From Leptospira sp. (GTDB lineage: Bacteria; Spirochaetota; Leptospiria; Leptospirales; Leptospiraceae): 64,000 nucleotides of DNA. Below the pieces are notes generated by a model. The model saw only the letters and a program-made list of their open reading frames with translations, did not search any database and was not told the origin of the DNA. Positions within the stretch are counted from its first letter, which is position 1. Each line of letters starts with the position of its first letter. Made by a program: the position numbers and the translations under genes. This document shows positions 38,056-48,706 of the stretch, in pieces. The stretch spans positions 96,001 to 160,000 of the forward strand of contig JAWXAQ010000015.1 of NCBI GenBank assembly GCA_034439575.1, written 5' to 3'.

Positions 38056-38078
38056 AAATTCAAGATAAGCCTTAGATT

Positions 38079-39245
38079 CTAATCTTTTTTAGAAGCGGCT
38101 TCTTTAATCACATAGGCTGCGATTTCATTTTTTTGAATTTGAGTCGTTCCTTCAAAAATTGTCAAAATCTTAGCATCTCTCATGAGTTTCTCAACAGGAT
38201 ACTCTTTCGTATATCCGTATCCACCAAAAATCTGAACAGCATCAGTAGCATTTTGAACCGCAATTTCCGACGCATAAGCTTTTGCTATTGCAGAATATTT
38301 CGGAAGGTTAGGATCATTAGCATCCGATAGGCGAGCTGCTTTGTAAGTAATTTCTCTTGCAGTTTCAACTTTGATCGACATATCAGCTAACATGTGTTGA
38401 ACTGCTTGGAAAGTTCCAATTTTTACACCAAACTGTTCTCTCTCACGCGCGTAACGAGCTGCATGATCAAGTGCTGCTTGTGCTACACCAACACCCATAA
38501 CAGCAACGAATGGACGTGAAGCATTTAATGTTTGCAATGCGTAAACGAAACCGAGATTTTCTTTTCCGACTAACGCGTCTTCACCAACTTCGCAATCTTC
38601 AAAAATTACTTGGTGAGTAGACGAAGCACGAATACCAAGTTTATCTTCTTTTTTCCCGACAGTTAATCCTTTCGCAGAACGAGGAACATAAAAACAAGAT
38701 ACTCCGCGTGTTCCACGATTTTTGTCAGTATAAGCAAACACGGTAAAGGCTTGGGCATCACCAGCACCAGTGATCCACTGTTTTGCGCCGTTGATGATCC
38801 ACTTATCACCTTTTTTCTCAGCACGAGTTGTCATACCAGGCACATCAGAACCAGCACCTGGCTCAGATAAACAAAAAGACACACCAAATTTTCCATCAGC
38901 AACTGGAGGTAACCACTTTAACTTTTGTTCGTGGGTAGCACCTTTTAGTATGGGAAGGATACCAAGACCTGTATAAGCAAAGCCAAGGGCAATACCAAGA
39001 CAGCCACGCGACAATTCTTCGATCGCCAAACACTGCTCAATCGCTCCAAGTCCCCATCCACCGTATTCTTCTGGGATCACTAGGCCATTGATACCTAGTT
39101 CTGCCCGCATTTTATTGATAAGTTCAGTCGGATGTTGGTTTTTTTCGTCCCAATGCAGTGCTACTTCATGCGGGATTTCTTTTTTTACAAAATTACGGAC
39201 TAAATCTCTGATTTCAAGCTGTTGCTCTGTGAATTGGCTGTACAT
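38079..39245 (-). CDS. acyl-CoA dehydrogenase
   Basis: CLSEPGAGSD, NGAKQWIT, KLGIRAS, QIFGGYGY, IFEGTTQIQ. Confidence 0.96.
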   Translation of the reverse strand: MYSQFTEQQLEIRDLVRNFVKKEIPHEVALHWDEKNQHPTELINKMRAELGINGLVIPEEYGGWGLGAIEQCLAIEELSRGCLGIALGFAYTGLGILPILKGATHEQKLKWLPPVADGKFGVSFCLSEPGAGSDVPGMTTRAEKKGDKWIINGAKQWITGAGDAQAFTVFAYTDKNRGTRGVSCFYVPRSAKGLTVGKKEDKLGIRASSTHQVIFEDCEVGEDALVGKENLGFVYALQTLNASRPFVAVMGVGVAQAALDHAARYAREREQFGVKIGTFQAVQHMLADMSIKVETAREITYKAARLSDANDPNLPKYSAIAKAYASEIAVQNATDAVQIFGGYGYTKEYPVEKLMRDAKILTIFEGTTQIQKNEIAAYVIKEAASKKD

Positions 39246-39363
39246 TCCGGGAGGTTCCTTCTAAGAATGGGATATTTACTACCTTTTTTCGTACATTGCA
39301 TTTGGTGCCAAGGGTTTTTCTGTCTTTACAAAATGCGCAAAATACACTAGCGTACTCACCTGT

Positions 39364-40371
39364 ATGCCAACGTTTCGAATTCAACTCAAATCTTTCAAAA
39401 TCCCTTCCACTTATCTATTTCTAGCGGTCTTTTTAACTGGAATCGCCTGTAGTGGACGACCCAATTATGAACCAAAGCCTGTCCCGACTTATGCAAATTT
39501 TGATGCCTTTTATCAAGCGAAATTGGCAGAAAGCAAAGCAAAAGGCCACAGACCGGGCAATGAAGAGCGTTATATCGGCTTTGGTAAAAAAACCCCACTT
39601 GCCTTTCTTTACATTCACGGATTCGGTGCCTCTCGCGCAGAGGGAGAAGCAGTCATGGAAGTATTGGCCAAAAAATTTAAGGCAAATACTTACTTGGTAA
39701 GACTTCCAGGCCATGGAACAAATAAAGAAGACCAAGCCGCACAAAATTTTTCTGACTACTTGGATGCTTCCAGAGAAGCTTTAGAAATGATGCAAGGCCA
39801 AGGAGACCGAGTAGTATTATTTGGTTCTTCCCTTGGTGGACTTCTCATCACTTGGCTTGCTTCCGAATATCCGGACAAAGTAGCTGGTGTCGTTTTAGCG
39901 AATCCCTTTTATGGTCCCGTTGACAAAAGTTTGAATATTCTCAATTATCCAGGCGGTCTCACCTTCATTCACCTTCTGAAAGGAAAAGTAAGAAACACGA
40001 CCAAACAAAGTGACCCACGAGTTTTGCCTGGGCGAAACGATTATTGGTATCCTGAACAATATTTTTCTTCCCTTGTTGGTGTGAATGACCTAAGAAATTT
40101 TGCCTCTCATCCAGATGTTTTCAAAAAAGTAAAAGTTCCGGCTCTACTTCTCTATTATTATAAAAGCGAAACAGAACAAGATCCCACAGCCAGCGTTCCT
40201 TTGATGCTTTCCGCCTATGGCGCATTTGGTGATACAATGCCTAATTCAAAAAACAAATTAGTAAAAGTTGAGAATGGTATGCATGTACTTATGTCAAAAT
40301 GGATCGTAACCGACAAAGCATTGATAGAAAAGGAAACCGAAGGTTGGCTTAAAGAGGTTTCTAAAAAATAA
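39364..40371 (+). CDS. alpha/beta hydrolase lipoprotein
   Basis: Lipobox IAC, IHGFG, LPGHG, GSSLG. Confidence 0.88.
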   Translation: MPTFRIQLKSFKIPSTYLFLAVFLTGIACSGRPNYEPKPVPTYANFDAFYQAKLAESKAKGHRPGNEERYIGFGKKTPLAFLYIHGFGASRAEGEAVMEVLAKKFKANTYLVRLPGHGTNKEDQAAQNFSDYLDASREALEMMQGQGDRVVLFGSSLGGLLITWLASEYPDKVAGVVLANPFYGPVDKSLNILNYPGGLTFIHLLKGKVRNTTKQSDPRVLPGRNDYWYPEQYFSSLVGVNDLRNFASHPDVFKKVKVPALLLYYYKSETEQDPTASVPLMLSAYGAFGDTMPNSKNKLVKVENGMHVLMSKWIVTDKALIEKETEGWLKEVSKK

Positions 40372-40374
40372 TTT

Positions 40375-41079
40375 ATGTTGGATCAAAACCGCATCGCTCT
40401 TGTAACAGGCGCTAATCGTGGAATCGGAAAACAGATCGCTATGGATCTTGCCGCGATTGGTGTATTTGTCATCGTTGGTTCAAGAAACGAAGAAGAAGGT
40501 GAGATTACAAAAGACTTAATTTTAAAAAAAGGCGGGAGAGCAGAACTTTTTCCCGTTGATGTTTCAAAAGAAAAATCATTAACAGCTCTCTCTGATTATG
40601 TAGAAGGAAGTTTTGGGAGATTAGATATTCTTATTAACAATGCTGGGATATTTTTAGATACTGGTGAGTTTGTAAATACGTCAATGGAAGAATTAACTTC
40701 CACCTTACAAACAAATGTAGCAGGCCCTCTTCGTCTGATTCAATTATTTCTCCCCCATATGATTCAAAACAATTATGGTCGTATCGTCAATGTTAGCTCA
40801 GGCATGGGCCAATTATCCGATATGGGCACAGGATATCCAGCTTATAGAATTTCTAAAACGGCGATCAATGCGATCACAAAAATCGCAAGTGCGGAAACAT
40901 CAGGAAAAAATATAAAAGTAAATTCTGTTTGTCCCGGTTGGGTAAAAACGGATATGGGTGGTCCCAATGCGAGTCGATCCATTGAGAAAGGGGCTGAAAC
41001 TATTGTTTGGGCCGCATTACTTCCAGACGACGGCCCTACTGGAAAATTTTTCAGAGATAAGAAGGAAATTGAGTGGTAG
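40375..41079 (+). CDS. SDR-family oxidoreductase
   Basis: TGANRGIG, NNAG, YRISK, CPGWVKTDMGG. Confidence 0.95.
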   Translation: MLDQNRIALVTGANRGIGKQIAMDLAAIGVFVIVGSRNEEEGEITKDLILKKGGRAELFPVDVSKEKSLTALSDYVEGSFGRLDILINNAGIFLDTGEFVNTSMEELTSTLQTNVAGPLRLIQLFLPHMIQNNYGRIVNVSSGMGQLSDMGTGYPAYRISKTAINAITKIASAETSGKNIKVNSVCPGWVKTDMGGPNASRSIEKGAETIVWAALLPDDGPTGKFFRDKKEIEW

Positions 41080-41150
41080 AGATAGTTTTTATCTAATTGA
41101 AAATCATATCGAACGCCTAGTTAACGTTTGACGGATCAATGCGATAAACT

Positions 41151-41187
41151 TATCCATGCTCGTGCTCGAAAGCAAAAGGCATGGATA
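41151..41187. terminator. hairpin between convergent genes
   Basis: TATCCATGC...GCATGGATA. Confidence 0.45.
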
Positions 41188-41192
41188 GAATT

Positions 41193-41708
41193 TCAGACGA
41201 TTTCTACTAATAACTTATCTAGTTCCAAATAACATTCCGCCATACCATCTGCCGCTCCGGTTTCAAGCATCATCTTACAAACTTCAGCGGAACCGTATCT
41301 ACATAGATGTGTCATAAGAGTCTTATCACCTTCAGTCGTGAAAGTCCGTGACTCGAAGGTAGCACCGGGATCTTCGGGAGCATTTGGATCGAATGTCGAC
41401 ATATCCATCACATAATTCTCGCTATTGGCTAATTTTTCAGGTATGATCACCTCTTTAAATGTCCCATAAACGCCGGATTTATTTCCCTGTGAATCCATAT
41501 AAAGATACAAGTATTTGCCACCAACCTTTAGATCTTGTTCGCAAGTTTCAAGAACCATACCTTCAGGACCAATCAGCCATCGACGCATTAACTCAGGTTT
41601 GGTGTGGCAGTCGAATACCAAAGCCCTCGGGGCTGAGAAGTAGCGAGTAAAAACGACTTCTGTTTCACCTCGAATTTCCATCTTCACTTCATTTTTTTCG
41701 GTTTTCAT
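41193..41708 (-). CDS. SRPBCC/AHSA1-domain protein
   Basis: TRYFSAPRALVFDCHTKPELMRRW, DLKVGGKY. Confidence 0.88.
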   Translation of the reverse strand: MKTEKNEVKMEIRGETEVVFTRYFSAPRALVFDCHTKPELMRRWLIGPEGMVLETCEQDLKVGGKYLYLYMDSQGNKSGVYGTFKEVIIPEKLANSENYVMDMSTFDPNAPEDPGATFESRTFTTEGDKTLMTHLCRYGSAEVCKMMLETGAADGMAECYLELDKLLVEIV

Positions 41709-42048
41709 TTTGTTTATCTCCCTTTGATTGTATTGTTTGTAATTCTTCTAATAGTCCATCTAACACTTGGTAACGTGATTCCCACAATTGGCGGTATTTT
41801 TCCATCCATTCGATCGCAACTTTTAGAGGGGCGGTTTCCAAACGTCGCGGTCGTTCTTGGGCACGGATCGTTGTCGAAATAAGCCCGGCTTTTTCCAAAA
41901 CTCTTAGGTGCCGAGAAATAGCGGGCTGGCTCATATGAAAAGGTTTTGCGAGCTCCATAACTGTAGATTCGCCAGTGGCAAGGCGCATTAGTATTTCTCT
42001 ACGAGTGGGATCAGCGAGGGCAGCGAATGTGGAATCAAGTGTTTGCAT
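41689..42048 (-). CDS. ArsR/SmtB-family regulator (SRPBCC-associated)
   Basis: FAALADPTRREIL, MSQPAISRHLRVLEKAGLI; start 42048 or 42054. Confidence 0.9.
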   Translation of the reverse strand: MQTLDSTFAALADPTRREILMRLATGESTVMELAKPFHMSQPAISRHLRVLEKAGLISTTIRAQERPRRLETAPLKVAIEWMEKYRQLWESRYQVLDGLLEELQTIQSKGDKQNENRKK

Positions 42049-42174
42049 AACCATCTTGTTATATAAATAACTGGCTATACGAAAGAAATAAGTCAACCTA
42101 AATTTTTATTATAATTCATATATTGACCTCTTTTTTTAGAACTAGAATGAACGACATTCATCAACCTTAAATCC

Positions 42175-42294
42175 AGAACGAACGGGACAATGGCAAAATG
42201 CTTGCTTGTGTAAGCTAGCGAGTGCTAGAAGAAATATGTGACAAAGCCCGAGCGAATGTTTGTCCCGAAGTGCAGCGTTAAGCCACCGTTAGTC
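42175..42294 (-). repeat. truncated attC-like site
   Basis: Inverse core GACTAAC 7 nt after the stop of 42302-43009; CGGGACAA/TTGTCCCG and CTAGC/GCTAG inverted repeats; distal arm missing. Confidence 0.55.
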
Positions 42295-42301
42295 GCTCTA
42301 C

Positions 42302-43009
42302 TTATTTATTCCAAGCTACAACTTTTACGCCTGGAGAAAAATGAGAGCAAAAAGGCTTATTAAAATCAACAAAGTTACTAAATTCATTGTATTTAATATT
42401 TAAGTCAGTTATATCGATATTCAATAATTCCCAAGGTTTATGATGAATTTCTAATCGTTTGATACTTTGATTACAATACTGATACAAACAATATCGTTCC
42501 GTAAGCCAATGATCCCTTTCGGAAATATTTTTTAAATTTGAAATTTTATATTTGATATCAATTTCACTTCGTTTGCCTGTTAAAGCGAAGGAATTTTGGT
42601 TTCTAATAATATTTGAATGTTTGTAAGGTAATCCTGACATTACGTTTGCTAAAATTGTCGGAATCAATTTTTCAGCTTCAATACTTAAAAAATAAACACC
42701 TTGTTTTTCATTATTTTTTACATAAGTTCTGAGATTTATTTCATGAAAATTTGAAATTGGATTTAATTGAAAAGAATTCCGGATATGGATTCTATTCATT
42801 GTAAATGCAACGATTGAAATCCAAGTTTCATTATTAAAAGAATCTAAAATTAAATCTTTAGGAACGAATTTTCGTAAAATACCTTCATCTATTTTGTAAT
42901 GAAGAAAAATTGCATTATTCCATTCTTGATACCAAAACCATTTTCTTTTTGGATAATCCCAAGGTCGATGACTAGTATGTTTTAGTATTTCTTCTATTTC
43001 AGAATTCAT
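42302..43009 (-). CDS. DUF2071/YqjF family protein (cassette-like)
   Basis: QEWNNAIFLHY, FHEINLRTYV, GVYFLSIEA, LTERYCLY, IHHKPW. Confidence 0.88.
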   Translation of the reverse strand: MNSEIEEILKHTSHRPWDYPKRKWFWYQEWNNAIFLHYKIDEGILRKFVPKDLILDSFNNETWISIVAFTMNRIHIRNSFQLNPISNFHEINLRTYVKNNEKQGVYFLSIEAEKLIPTILANVMSGLPYKHSNIIRNQNSFALTGKRSEIDIKYKISNLKNISERDHWLTERYCLYQYCNQSIKRLEIHHKPWELLNIDITDLNIKYNEFSNFVDFNKPFCSHFSPGVKVVAWNK

Positions 43010-43125
43010 TTAAAAGCATGGTTGCTAACTAATAATTGCATGGGATCTTTTTTTGTTTATATATTTAGTTTAAAATAATTGGTTATAAAAATTTAACATA
43101 AACTTTGTTAATCAAAATTAGGCGA

Positions 43126-44430
43126 TCACAAATTTAACGGAATTATTGATTCCCTCTTCGGTTTGATTTTCTTTTTCAATTCCTCAGCTTCTAATTCTTC
43201 CGGTATAGCGAAAATCTTTTTTGGCTTAGCTATCCCTTTTAACTTATGTTCCCCGATTTCTTGCCATCTAACACCGATTTCATTGGCAAATTCTTCGGAA
43301 GCAAGCACAGCTTTTTTGAGCTCTCCACACATCCCCGCGATGCGACTCGTTAAATTGACAGCCTCTCCGATGACTGTGAAATCCAATCTGTCATTGGATC
43401 CTATATTTCCATATCTAATTTCTCCTAAGTGCAATCCTACTCCATGTAAAATGCGAGTCTGGCCGATCTTTTTCCTTTCCTTATTTAATTTCATTAATAG
43501 CAAAAAAACTTCTCTAACAGCAATTAGAGCTTTATAACCGACTCTCTTTTTTGATTTATTATCATAGGGAAATACAGCAAGGATGCCATCACCTAACATC
43601 TTTAATACTTCTCCACCATTCCGCTCTATAACCGGAATCACAAGGCCAAAATAAGCATTTAAAAGTTCTACTGTATCTTCGGGTGATAATCTTTCACTGA
43701 TACCAGAATAATTTCGAATATCAGAAAACCAAATGATGGAATTAATTTTTTCTAAATCACCCCTATAAATTTTTCCAGAATTAACTAGAGCACCAGTCGT
43801 TTTTCCTAAATATATACTTAATAAACTCTGAGTCAGGTCAGCCTGTAAAAAAGTAACCCACTTAACAGATATTACATTTAATGCTCGAATTAAAAATTGA
43901 ATTTCATCTTCTGAGAATCCGCCAACTTTATTTGTAAGTAAACTCATAAATGCGAATGAATTGCCTGCCTGTACTACAGGAACCGCCAGATAACCCGTTG
44001 GTTTAAATTCGGCTAACTCTTGAAGTATAGGATAAGGATACTCTTCACCTTCATGTTCTGTAAAAGAGAAATAATATATTTTTTTAGTCGTTAACACATA
44101 ATGAATGGGGCTTGTCGAAAATTGGTTAGAGGCAATCGAACCCAACTTAAAACGAGATTCTCTCAAATATCCTGTGCCAAAATTATGAACAAACGATGAG
44201 TGAAATAAAGGATTTGGTTGCGTTTCCAATAGTCCTTCGCTTCCTTTAGGAACCCAAAGATAAGCCATTGTTTCAACTTGCGGGTGTAAGGTTCGCGTTC
44301 CCATATTCCCACGAAGAAGTTGGAACTTCTCCTTAACCAAAAATTCCATAAAATTGTGTAATAGTTCGGCACCAGACCTTGCCGTCTGGCTATGAACTAT
44401 GTACCAATCCAAAAAGTTTTCTAACATCAA
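43126..44430 (-). CDS. class III adenylate/guanylate cyclase
   Basis: WFSDIRNYS, LKMLGDGIL, FTVIGEAVNLTSRI. Confidence 0.9.
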   Translation of the reverse strand: MMLENFLDWYIVHSQTARSGAELLHNFMEFLVKEKFQLLRGNMGTRTLHPQVETMAYLWVPKGSEGLLETQPNPLFHSSFVHNFGTGYLRESRFKLGSIASNQFSTSPIHYVLTTKKIYYFSFTEHEGEEYPYPILQELAEFKPTGYLAVPVVQAGNSFAFMSLLTNKVGGFSEDEIQFLIRALNVISVKWVTFLQADLTQSLLSIYLGKTTGALVNSGKIYRGDLEKINSIIWFSDIRNYSGISERLSPEDTVELLNAYFGLVIPVIERNGGEVLKMLGDGILAVFPYDNKSKKRVGYKALIAVREVFLLLMKLNKERKKIGQTRILHGVGLHLGEIRYGNIGSNDRLDFTVIGEAVNLTSRIAGMCGELKKAVLASEEFANEIGVRWQEIGEHKLKGIAKPKKIFAIPEELEAEELKKKIKPKRESIIPLNL

Positions 44431-44434
44431 AAGT

Positions 44435-45151
44435 TTATTTTACTTCTACGATCAATTCGTAATCGCCTTCTATAACATCTTTAGCGCCAGTTACACTGAT
44501 GAAAACTCGATATGGATTCCCGACGGCTCTCAATTCAATAGATTGAGGAACGTTTGGTTTGGAAAAATCAGGCTGTCCAATCCAAGTAGGATGGGATGCT
44601 TCACAGCTCACCGCACCATGCACGTTTGGTGGGATGTATTTAGGTTCAAATCCGCTGAAGGCATAAAGATTGATTCTTTTGGAAGGGTCTTTCGGTTTAA
44701 CAGTGATCACCATCGTACTTTTTTTTGGTAAGTCAGTCCAATAAAACACTTGGTTGCCTTCAAATTCAATATTGCGAATACCAGGCCAACAAGCCATACT
44801 ACTTGACTCTGCCCATTCCAGATCTTCCATGATCGCACCTGTTTTTAAATTTCCATTGATAGTTACAGATTTCTTTTTCTCTGATTTTATAAAAGTAACC
44901 CCAGGAACTTGCGCCATTTCTTTGATTCTATCAATTGTCACAACCTCATCATAGCTATCCGCATAACCATCATAATGCACCAAAAATCCTTCAGCTTGCA
45001 CTTTTAGAATTTTACCACTATATGATTTTTTTGTTTTAGGATCAGTAACTTCGACTCTATCCCCAACTGTAAAATTTGGACCGGCAATGAGTGAATAAAA
45101 AGTAAAAATATAAACAAATAGAAATTTTGTATAGGTTACAGGTTTTCTCAT
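44435..45151 (-). CDS. secreted protein with Tudor-knot/chromo-barrel-like N-domain
   Basis: Signal peptide, VGDRVEV...GKILKV...FLVHYDGYADSYDEVV. Confidence 0.65.
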   Translation of the reverse strand: MRKPVTYTKFLFVYIFTFYSLIAGPNFTVGDRVEVTDPKTKKSYSGKILKVQAEGFLVHYDGYADSYDEVVTIDRIKEMAQVPGVTFIKSEKKKSVTINGNLKTGAIMEDLEWAESSSMACWPGIRNIEFEGNQVFYWTDLPKKSTMVITVKPKDPSKRINLYAFSGFEPKYIPPNVHGAVSCEASHPTWIGQPDFSKPNVPQSIELRAVGNPYRVFISVTGAKDVIEGDYELIVEVK

Positions 45152-45270
45152 TTAGTTCTCCATTTAATAAGGAATGATTTGGTTAGGTTTGTGAGGATAA
45201 TCAAGAAGAATAAAAAGGAAACAGCCAGCCCAAAGTTTTTATTCCTTGGACTGGGAAGATTTGAAAATTG

Positions 45271-46482
45271 CTATTTTAATTTAGCATCGAGACGATTTTT
45301 CACTGCATCCATAAATTTGAAAGTATCCAATTCTTTTTTGGTTGCCGCTGTCGAAAGGGAAAGTAAGTCTTTTGTCATCTCTCCCCCTTCAATCGTTTCA
45401 ATGATCGCTTCTTCTAATTTATGAGCAAAGTTAACTACATCAGGAGTCCCATCGAGTTCCCCTCTCTTTGCGAGTGCACCAGTCCAAGCAAAAATAGAAG
45501 CCACTGAGTTTGTAGAAGTCGTTTCACCTTTTTGGTATTTTCTATAGTGTCGCGTAACAGTTCCATGTGCGGCTTCGTATTCGTATTTTCCGTCAGGTGA
45601 AACTAAAACAGAAGTCATAAGACCAAGAGAACCAAAACCAGAAGCCACCATATCAGACATTACATCACCATCGTAATTCATAAGTGCCCATAACTGACCA
45701 CCTTCATTTTTCATGATCTGAGCCACTGCATCATCAATTAGATAATAACTGTATGTGATTCCAGCCGCTTTCATAGCTGCATCCTGTTCTACTGCCATGT
45801 TATCAAAAATTTCACGGAAACGTGCATGGTATTTTTTTGAAATCGTATCTTTTGTCGCAAACCAAATGCTGATCTTTTCAGATAAAGCATAGTTAAAGCA
45901 TGCTTTTGCAAATGATTTGATGGAATCATCCAAATTAAACATCCCCATGGCAACACCAGAAGATTTGTAATCATTGACGAGTAATCTTTGTTTTTCTTTG
46001 CCAGAAGCATCTGTATAAACAAGTTCTACTTTTCCAGGAGCATCAACTAACATCTCAACATTTCTATAAATATCACCAAATGCATGACGACCAATTGCAA
46101 TTGGTTTTTTCCAAGAATTTACTGCTGCAGGAATATTCTTTATGATGATAGGTTTTCTAAATACAGTTCCATCTAATATTGCACGAATCGTTCCGTTAGG
46201 TGATTTCCATTCTTGTTTGAGTTTGTATTCTTTTACACGATCCGCATTTGGAGTGATTGTCGCACACTTAACACCTACACCATGTTTTTGGATAGCTTTT
46301 GCGGAATCTACAGTCACTTGGTCATCTGTTTTGTCTCTGTATTCAACACCTAGGTCATAATATTCAAGTGTTATATCTAAATAAGGGTGAATGAATTTAT
46401 CCTTAATTTCTTTCCAGATGATTCTTGTCATCTCATCGCCATCTAACTCTACTAATGGTGTTTTTACCTTGATTTTACTCAT
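45271..46482 (-). CDS. icd: NADP-dependent isocitrate dehydrogenase (type II)
   Basis: [45 protein letters not shown]. Confidence 0.97.
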   Translation of the reverse strand: MSKIKVKTPLVELDGDEMTRIIWKEIKDKFIHPYLDITLEYYDLGVEYRDKTDDQVTVDSAKAIQKHGVGVKCATITPNADRVKEYKLKQEWKSPNGTIRAILDGTVFRKPIIIKNIPAAVNSWKKPIAIGRHAFGDIYRNVEMLVDAPGKVELVYTDASGKEKQRLLVNDYKSSGVAMGMFNLDDSIKSFAKACFNYALSEKISIWFATKDTISKKYHARFREIFDNMAVEQDAAMKAAGITYSYYLIDDAVAQIMKNEGGQLWALMNYDGDVMSDMVASGFGSLGLMTSVLVSPDGKYEYEAAHGTVTRHYRKYQKGETTSTNSVASIFAWTGALAKRGELDGTPDVVNFAHKLEEAIIETIEGGEMTKDLLSLSTAATKKELDTFKFMDAVKNRLDAKLK

Positions 46483-46524
46483 TTCATTCTCCTAAAGATT
46501 TTTATCGTTTTGATTTTGTTTCGC

Positions 46525-47106
46525 TTATGATTCATTTATTAAAAAAGGCCCAATGTGTTCATGCCAGAGCCTGTGACAAAACTCAGTTGAGTTGTTGATG
46601 GAGCCAGGTATAGTATGTATGCCCGATAGAGATGTATATCTTTTTCTAAAAGCATCCGCTTCAGAAAATTTTTCAAATTTTTCTTCGACCCGAATCAATG
46701 TTAGACGCCATTCTTTCATCAATTTACTTCTTGAAGGAGAAGTTTCTGGAATTTTCAATTCCTTGGCTGATGAAATGGAGATATCTAAAAGATGTAAAGG
46801 GAATGCCGGTGGAGTGTATTTATCACGAATAGCTTCAATATCTTTTTCTATCTCGGATTCTTCGATATTTCCTAAGAAAAAAAAGGAAGAGAAGAGAATC
46901 GAGATAGGAAGGTAAAAGGCAAAATTGCGATCAAAGGCTGCCATTTGCTCAATTGCCCAAGCGATAGACTTGGATCTTGATTGGTCTGAACTTTCGTATT
47001 CAGCATCAGATATCCGACCAATTTGTTGGAAACAATATTGAGTGAAACGGAGTTTTTCGATCCAGAAGATTTCTATAATATGTGGAATCATATCCGTTTC
47101 GTTCAT
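46525..47106 (-). CDS. hypothetical protein
   Basis: 193-aa ORF co-oriented upstream of icd. Confidence 0.65.
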   Translation of the reverse strand: MNETDMIPHIIEIFWIEKLRFTQYCFQQIGRISDAEYESSDQSRSKSIAWAIEQMAAFDRNFAFYLPISILFSSFFFLGNIEESEIEKDIEAIRDKYTPPAFPLHLLDISISSAKELKIPETSPSRSKLMKEWRLTLIRVEEKFEKFSEADAFRKRYTSLSGIHTIPGSINNSTEFCHRLWHEHIGPFLINES

Positions 47107-47200
47107 TTTCCCTGAACGAAACTTTTTTTCAAGTGAGAATCCTTTTTTCGGATCATACTTCCGCCTTCCTAACCCTTCCGAGTGAAAAAAGGAGAAAAAT

Positions 47201-47629
47201 ATGCAGAATACACAAGGAACGGAATGGAAGGAATTAGTAGAACGTAAGGATGAATTCCTACATATCTTACGAATTCTAAATCATTATTATGAGTCGGGGG
47301 CAAAGATTAAAAACCCACTCTACCAATTCCGCAAAGATTTGGTAGAATTACCGCCCAAATCAATCAGGATTTTCTTAGCCAGTATTGGCAAATTTGAATA
47401 TTTCGTCCAAGCAAGTAAAACTCCCGACTTAGAAAATCGAGAATCCTGGGTTCATATTGATGGAATCTCAGAAGAAAGGATGCGCCTCCGAGAACTTGGC
47501 AATTTAGATCATCCTGTATTTTCCATCACCTGCCTTGGCGATTTATATGAAAATCACTGCGTATCTTTTAAGTTTCCAGAAGAAAGGGAAAAAAAAGTAG
47601 CAAAACCAAAAAAGAAAATCAGAATCTAG
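47201..47629 (+). CDS. hypothetical protein
   Basis: AGGAG RBS, 142 aa. Confidence 0.7.
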   Translation: MQNTQGTEWKELVERKDEFLHILRILNHYYESGAKIKNPLYQFRKDLVELPPKSIRIFLASIGKFEYFVQASKTPDLENRESWVHIDGISEERMRLRELGNLDHPVFSITCLGDLYENHCVSFKFPEEREKKVAKPKKKIRI

Positions 47630-47633
47630 CTAA

Positions 47634-48695
47634 ATGATTCGAACTGTATTTTTAGTTTTCCTTAGTTTTATCACTTTTGATTTATCTGCGGAGAACCTAA
47701 GTGATCAGTTAGCCCGACTAAATAAACCTTCTGACTTTAGAACTCAATTTTATAAGGAAGAAGGTTACTTACAAGCTTGGAACTTTTCCTTTCAGAACAA
47801 AGATTACAAAGTATTTTGCACATTTCTTGTGAGTAACTTTGGTCCTGGGAGTAAAAATAACGGCATCAGTGTTCTAGTTAAACATAAAGATAATCCCGTT
47901 TTTTACAGCACACAAGAGTTCGGTGAAAATGAATATGCGATGAAATCTGGTCAGTTTTTTCAACAAAGTGGAGAAAATTGGATGGATTACAAAAATGGGA
48001 AATATACCATTCATATGGTGTTTCCTGATTGGATCTTTGATTTAGAATTTTCACCGACGCAAAAATCAGGAGTTGCTATTTCTGGCGGAAAACTTTTGTT
48101 AAGTGACGAATCAAAATTTATCCAAGCGGATATTCCTGTTTCTTTTGCCAATGTCTCAGGAAATATTTTTTATAAAGGAACTCCAGAATTTGTCGAAGGA
48201 ACTGGCGGCATAGAACACCTATTAACAAATTACGAAGTATATAAATATTCAAAAAAATGGGAGATTGTTAGAACCATTTCTGCAGACGGAACGCGAATTT
48301 TAACAGGTGGTTTTATGGGTACAGATAAAATACCTGGAGGATTTTTTCGAAAGGTTGCCGTGCTATCAAAAAAAGGTGAACTTTTGTTAGAGGGCACTAT
48401 TTCTCGCATGGAAACATTAGAGGAAGAAATTGAACCTATTTCAAATTACAAACTTCCCAAAAAAGAAAGATTGTACTTTGGCGAAAATGAAAAATGTTAT
48501 TTTGATATCTACCGCAAACAAACCATCGCGGCGATAAGTGCTTTAGAAAATATATCAAGTTTACTTCGGTTTTTCATTGGTCTCTTTTTTGCAAAACCTT
48601 ACCAAATTCACGCAGATGTAGAAATTGAGTTAAGTTGTGATGTATGGTCTGGAAAAGGAAAAGGCTTACATTCCTACTATTTGATTAATCATTAA
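47634..48695 (+). CDS. secreted hypothetical protein (possibly lipocalin/AttH-like beta fold)
   Basis: Signal peptide, beta-rich aromatic sequence. Confidence 0.6.
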   Translation: MIRTVFLVFLSFITFDLSAENLSDQLARLNKPSDFRTQFYKEEGYLQAWNFSFQNKDYKVFCTFLVSNFGPGSKNNGISVLVKHKDNPVFYSTQEFGENEYAMKSGQFFQQSGENWMDYKNGKYTIHMVFPDWIFDLEFSPTQKSGVAISGGKLLLSDESKFIQADIPVSFANVSGNIFYKGTPEFVEGTGGIEHLLTNYEVYKYSKKWEIVRTISADGTRILTGGFMGTDKIPGGFFRKVAVLSKKGELLLEGTISRMETLEEEIEPISNYKLPKKERLYFGENEKCYFDIYRKQTIAAISALENISSLLRFFIGLFFAKPYQIHADVEIELSCDVWSGKGKGLHSYYLINH

Positions 48696-48706
48696 AAAAT
48701 GAATCA

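Noticed and set aside
42045-42080. GCATAAC...GTTATAT resembling attC cores
   Set aside because: Too short; better explained as the ATAAC-N6-GTTAT autoregulatory operator at the ArsR-family gene start
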